A DNA stretch of 63,985 nucleotides, filler included, from Catajapyx aquilonaris (taxonomy: Eukaryota): NCBI GenBank assembly GCA_000934665.2. It is 3 parts of 3 records of this genome, joined end to end, with 100 filler letters (N's around TTAATTAATTAA, not from the genome) between each part and the next. Parts side by side here need not be neighbours in the genome. Positions count along the whole stretch, not along the records: positions 43,073 to 63,985 come from JYFJ02006165.1; 2 more parts are not named here. The stretch is one strand, 5' to 3'. Shown here piece after piece: positions 62,601 to 63,985 of this stretch. Position 1 is the first letter of the stretch; each line of letters begins with the position of its first letter. The translations under genes and the position numbers were made by a program. The notes below the pieces were generated by a model, which was not told where the DNA came from, did no database searches, and saw only the letters and a program-made list of their open reading frames with translations.

Positions 62601-62960
62601 ACACCGGAAATGTACTCGGACCATTTCTAGCCTAGAAGTAAGTGGCACATTAGAACATTGAGAACAATTTTTGTTGGTGTTCTCATGTTTCACATGGTTT
62701 AGAACTATGGCAGTTTCCCGACATGCTTTGCTACTTGCACATGATCATTTCATCACATTAGATATAGCTCGGGCAGAGCTACAAACGACATAATTATGGT
62801 CCGTCACTGTGTCACAATGTGTCAAGTATAGTAGATACTCACTGGAAATGACGTCATTCAGTTCCCATTCGTCAAATTGACGAAATATCACATATGAGTC
62901 GTTTGAAGGTCCTGACATCCGAAGGTGCGATATGCACTTCGGGAATTTGAATTCCAACAT
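43353..62960 (-). CDS. CAP-D2-like: Divergent condensin complex subunit 1 (CAP-D2/Cnd1/Ycs4 family HEAT protein); complete 19-exon model, 1357 aa
   Basis: complement join of 62843..62960, 60716..60844, 60239..60411, 57595..57722, 57133..57523, 56897..57058, 56653..56823, 56249..56396, 54300..54456, 53525..54235, 53140..53272, 52978..53054, 50436..50724, 48401..48795, 48193..48319, 45242..45369, 44906..45181, 44534..44813, 43353..43433. Total 4074 nt, all phases compatible, no internal stops found. Collinear with remembered human NCAPD2: FDVLYSVIRQF~FDTIYSILHHF; GIYAAYRGVRRIL~GVPQALFGVRRML; IAYCLQKL~LAYCVSQL. Confidence 0.85.
43573..44127. mobile_element. Tc1/mariner-type MITE with TIRs of about 185 bp
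   Basis: TA|cagggtgtttattgtaactgcaaagactttcagggg... mirrored at about 43945-44127; right tip truncated. Confidence 0.8.
44534..44813 (-). CDS. CAP-D2-like: CAP-D2-like exon 18
   Basis: ttccag|...LVRNLCQEMR...IAYCLQKLNHS...; donor ATG|gtgagc. Confidence 0.85.
44906..45181 (-). CDS. CAP-D2-like: CAP-D2-like exon 17 (Cnd1 domain)
   Basis: tttcag|...SVRRKVHSTICELIMGRTIRLKQGMVSELLLCLVD...MLPGAIPRL; donor GA|gtgagt. Confidence 0.85.
45242..45369 (-). CDS. CAP-D2-like: CAP-D2-like exon 16
   Basis: cttcag|IMLKMLRMCPFHKIRMEILEY...MNSLFH|gtaggt. Confidence 0.8.
46465..47677. mobile_element. pogo-like non-autonomous element containing a SINE
   Basis: gtaggggagaccggg / cccggtctcctttac termini; internal ggggcacg(a/t)tggcaca repeats. 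Confidence 0.7.
47123..47381 (+). mobile_element. tRNA-derived SINE with 15-bp TSD
   Basis: A-box tggccgagcgg, B-box gttcgatccc, core gtgggttttctcggggttctcccgtttcctccca; TSD aattgataatgtgtg at 47108-47122 and 47382-47396. Confidence 0.88.
47685..48029 (-). mobile_element. tRNA-derived SINE with A-rich tail and 11-bp TSD
   Basis: Reverse B-box (gggatcgaacc at about 47961), T-rich run at 47685-47700, TSD ttactaagcag at 47674-47684 and 48030-48040. Confidence 0.8.
48193..48319 (-). CDS. CAP-D2-like: CAP-D2-like exon 15
   Basis: tttcag|...NQPKMYENLVVWEAASLMNLRYMVHSPKFCTENME|gtaact (~NNPGLYSNPDLSAAASLALGKFCMISATFC). Confidence 0.85.
48401..48795 (-). CDS. CAP-D2-like: CAP-D2-like exon 14
   Basis: tttcag|VAKDPTVVCENLL...LVSRIAMLHLDRMERLKGEIDAR; donor AT|gtacga. 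Confidence 0.82.
49894..49960. repeat. Perfect hairpin, 29-bp arms
   Basis: gactactggaatgcatgatttattaagtg-taattattt-cacttaataaatcatgcattccagtagtc. Confidence 0.9.
50436..50724 (-). CDS. CAP-D2-like: CAP-D2-like exon 13
   Basis: tttcag|...DLSHLLSIGL (~NLDTLVSIGL)...IQTILSTIWK|gtgaga. Confidence 0.82.
51700..51859. mobile_element. TA-flanked MITE
   Basis: cagtgttggtcatatatcgaggcaac...gaagaaggaatc and near-perfect inverse, arms about 64 bp. Confidence 0.82.
52727..52803. repeat. Perfect palindrome, 38-bp arms, 1-nt spacer
   Basis: aaaatgtattacttttagactgagacatgaccaataat-a-attattggtcatgtctcagtctaaaagtaatacatttt. Confidence 0.92.
52978..53054 (-). CDS. CAP-D2-like: CAP-D2-like exon 12
   Basis: aacag|FLWCLV...NAIAVLGILAR|gtaagt (~LLWER...VMLLGMMAR). 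Confidence 0.82.
53140..53272 (-). CDS. CAP-D2-like: CAP-D2-like exon 11
   Basis: tttttcag|REKASAFAHIFCELVEECDLSMCTSLRIVISSLVASGDL; donor GAG|gtaaat. Confidence 0.82.
53525..54235 (-). CDS. CAP-D2-like: CAP-D2-like exon 10
   Basis: Long open exon with a charged segment, then AMNLLVIALHQGIYAAYRGVRRIL; donor AG|gtatgg. Confidence 0.85.
54300..54456 (-). CDS. CAP-D2-like: CAP-D2-like exon 9 (GC donor)
   Basis: attag|...LDIALKTATQLLRTGRFQDAAVVGRILAEACP; donor AG|gcatgt. Confidence 0.72.
54458..54606. repeat. (TAA)n microsatellite with cactga interruptions
   Basis: About 27 pure units, then three cactga(ata)n units. Confidence 0.95.
54746..55073. mobile_element. MITE with imperfect TIRs of about 140 bp
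   Basis: ctaagaacagtaaggtctgg... / ...ccagaccttactattcttag. Confidence 0.7.
55120..55428. mobile_element. hAT (Charlie-like) MITE
   Basis: TIRs cagaggttcccaaact / agtttgggaaactctg; perfect 8-bp TSD gtgtaggg (55112-55119, 55429-55436). Confidence 0.9.
56249..56396 (-). CDS. CAP-D2-like: CAP-D2-like exon 8
   Basis: gctag|DVPSLAQC...KKWPEIEKKLLSY...K-G|gtaggt; open frame, phases fit. Confidence 0.72.
56653..56823 (-). CDS. CAP-D2-like: CAP-D2-like exon 7
   Basis: tgcag|VLHYILSLLNNGQIP...LVDEAYIVRDAALNVF...EK|gtaaac. Confidence 0.85.
56897..57058 (-). CDS. CAP-D2-like: CAP-D2-like exon 6
   Basis: ttctag|SHIIRRRMIE...FNDQVFIIRFW|gtacgc (~NYMMRNAVL...HDVNSFVRSR). Confidence 0.8.
57133..57523 (-). 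CDS. CAP-D2-like: CAP-D2-like exon 5
   Basis: tttcag|HIGDIVYQILK...KYGHE...FLAHLSKLHPE...VNQE|gtaagt. Confidence 0.85.
57595..57722 (-). CDS. CAP-D2-like: CAP-D2-like exon 4
   Basis: ttacag|GEPKINPEWSAKRLILMKQVVQLLELPLDKMWPGCVVEP; donor GA|gtgagt. Confidence 0.82.
57921..58950. mobile_element. Fold-back element of about 1.03 kb, almost entirely palindromic, TA-flanked
   Basis: ta-ctgtccgtttatttaatatagag... / ...ctctatattaaataaacggatag-ta; arms of about 470 bp with high identity. Confidence 0.88.
59613..59691. repeat. Compound microsatellite (ACT)n(GCT)n
   Basis: Directly visible. Confidence 0.95.
60239..60411 (-). CDS. CAP-D2-like: CAP-D2-like exon 3
   Basis: ttgtag|...YNYFNSIKMTIYIISNL (~HLNALKMNCYALIRL); donor AAC|gtaagt. 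Confidence 0.8.
60716..60844 (-). CDS. CAP-D2-like: CAP-D2-like exon 2
   Basis: attag|...HFILYGFDVLYSVIRQFYHL; donor CAG|gtatgt. Confidence 0.8.
62843..62960 (-). CDS. CAP-D2-like: CAP-D2-like exon 1
   Basis: MLEFKFPKCISHLRMSGPSNDSYVIFRQF ~ NCAPD2 MYEFHLPLSPEELLKSGGVNQYVV; donor A|gtgagt. Confidence 0.75.
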
Positions 62961-63540
62961 ACGATTCGGTTTCTTCTCTGTCACCGTGTAGGTCCCACTG
63001 TCAAAATTATAATGTTTTTACTGCAATGTCCATCAAAGTTGATCCAAGAAAAATTGATATATAGTCAACCTCTGGGCTGCATTTTCAATCCAGTCCAACT
63101 CTGCCCAAGATTTACGGCTTACTTTACATTTTAGTATGCTGCCGACTTTCTTTACAGGGCCAAGGGTGAATATTCCATCAACTCCACTCCAAGAATACAG
63201 TATGTCAAAAATTGCTTGGCATCAAGTCATCAAGGAGCATGTTTGCACACCGCCAAGGCTTCGATTCCATGGCACACTCATATGACTACCTCAATATGCA
63301 AGACAATTCCTAAACAAGCGAATGTGTGCCAGGTTATCTGTTGCAGTGTTACGCATTGTAACGTGTTTACATTCAAAGTAGCCTACAAATAATTTTGAAC
63401 ATCATAGTGCTTCCTATGATGAAATCTGTGTCTTATTCCCGATGAAGATAATATGCGTTGCAAGAGGGCAGCCCCCAGTCACTCTTAAACCAGTACATTT
63501 CTACCACCGCACCGTGAGCTTAGCTATTCTCCCCTGCACC

Positions 63541-63738
63541 GAGGGGGGTTGGCCACGTTCGGCACTAGAGTCAAGTGCCAGTACAGGTGGCGCCTTACCT
63601 AGCGGGACAATTCTGAACCCTGTTGGTCGACTCAGATTGGCTGGAGTCGACCATAATGGTTCAGAATTTCCCCGCTAGGTAAGGCGCCACATGTAGTCGC
63701 ACTTGACTCTAGCGCCGAACGTGGCCAACCCCCCCCTC
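63541..63738. mobile_element. Small inverted-repeat element
   Basis: gaggggggttggccacgttcggcactagagtcaagtgc / gcacttgactctagcgccgaacgtggccaacccccccctc. Confidence 0.65.
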
Positions 63739-63985
63739 ACGCGAAAAGAGGGCGAGTGACTGGGGGCTGCAAGAGGAAGAGTCCATCTATAAGGCAACTC
63801 GAATTAGTCCAGTCAAATTATGCGATTTTAGGCCTAAACCTAGAACAAACTGCAACAGAAATGGTGTCAACTGATTCTATAGCAAAAGATGGCGCTGAAA
63901 ACGATGGAACACAGTCTGCGACTGTCCGGTCGCCCCAAAAGCCGCCATCTTGAAAAAATGGCGGCCAAATCGGATATGTTGGACA

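Noticed and set aside
43353..62960. CAP-D2-like gene as a pseudogene
   Set aside because: Every apparent in-frame stop (for example 57547-57549, 60437-60439, 53332-53334) falls within an intron with valid splice sites; the spliced length is divisible by three.
12286..62960. Pkn-MTA-CAP-D2 as a functional gene cluster
   Set aside because: The genes are on separate contigs joined by artificial linkers.

Overview
Eukaryotic DNA, apparently arthropod/insect, intron-rich and full of transposons. The window is three contigs joined by artificial 100-bp N44-TTAATTAATTAA-N44 spacers (21302-21401 and 42973-43072). Contig 1 holds one clear exon of protein kinase N (HR1a repeat, 12286-12610), SINEs, MITEs and a degraded coding-like block at 1-4.5 kb. 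Contig 2 holds an MTA1-like NuRD subunit gene on the + strand: 11 phase-consistent exons from about 22840/23024 to 40656, encoding BAH C-half, ELM2, SANT, GATA zinc finger and C-terminal regions. Contig 3 holds a complete 19-exon gene on the - strand (62960 to 43353, 4074 nt, 1357 aa) that I reconstructed by hand. It is collinear with condensin I HEAT subunit CAP-D2 along its whole length but very divergent. The best leads are: (1) a candidate stop-codon readthrough extension of MTA (UGA-C, 44 further sense codons, candidate stem after an 8-nt spacer); (2) the intact but motif-eroded CAP-D2-like gene, possibly a subunit of a specialised condensin; (3) two Tigger-like elements resembling mammalian MER2 and Tigger4; (4) an inverted MITE pair bracketing the ELM2-SANT exons. 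All homology calls are from remembered sequences, not database searches.
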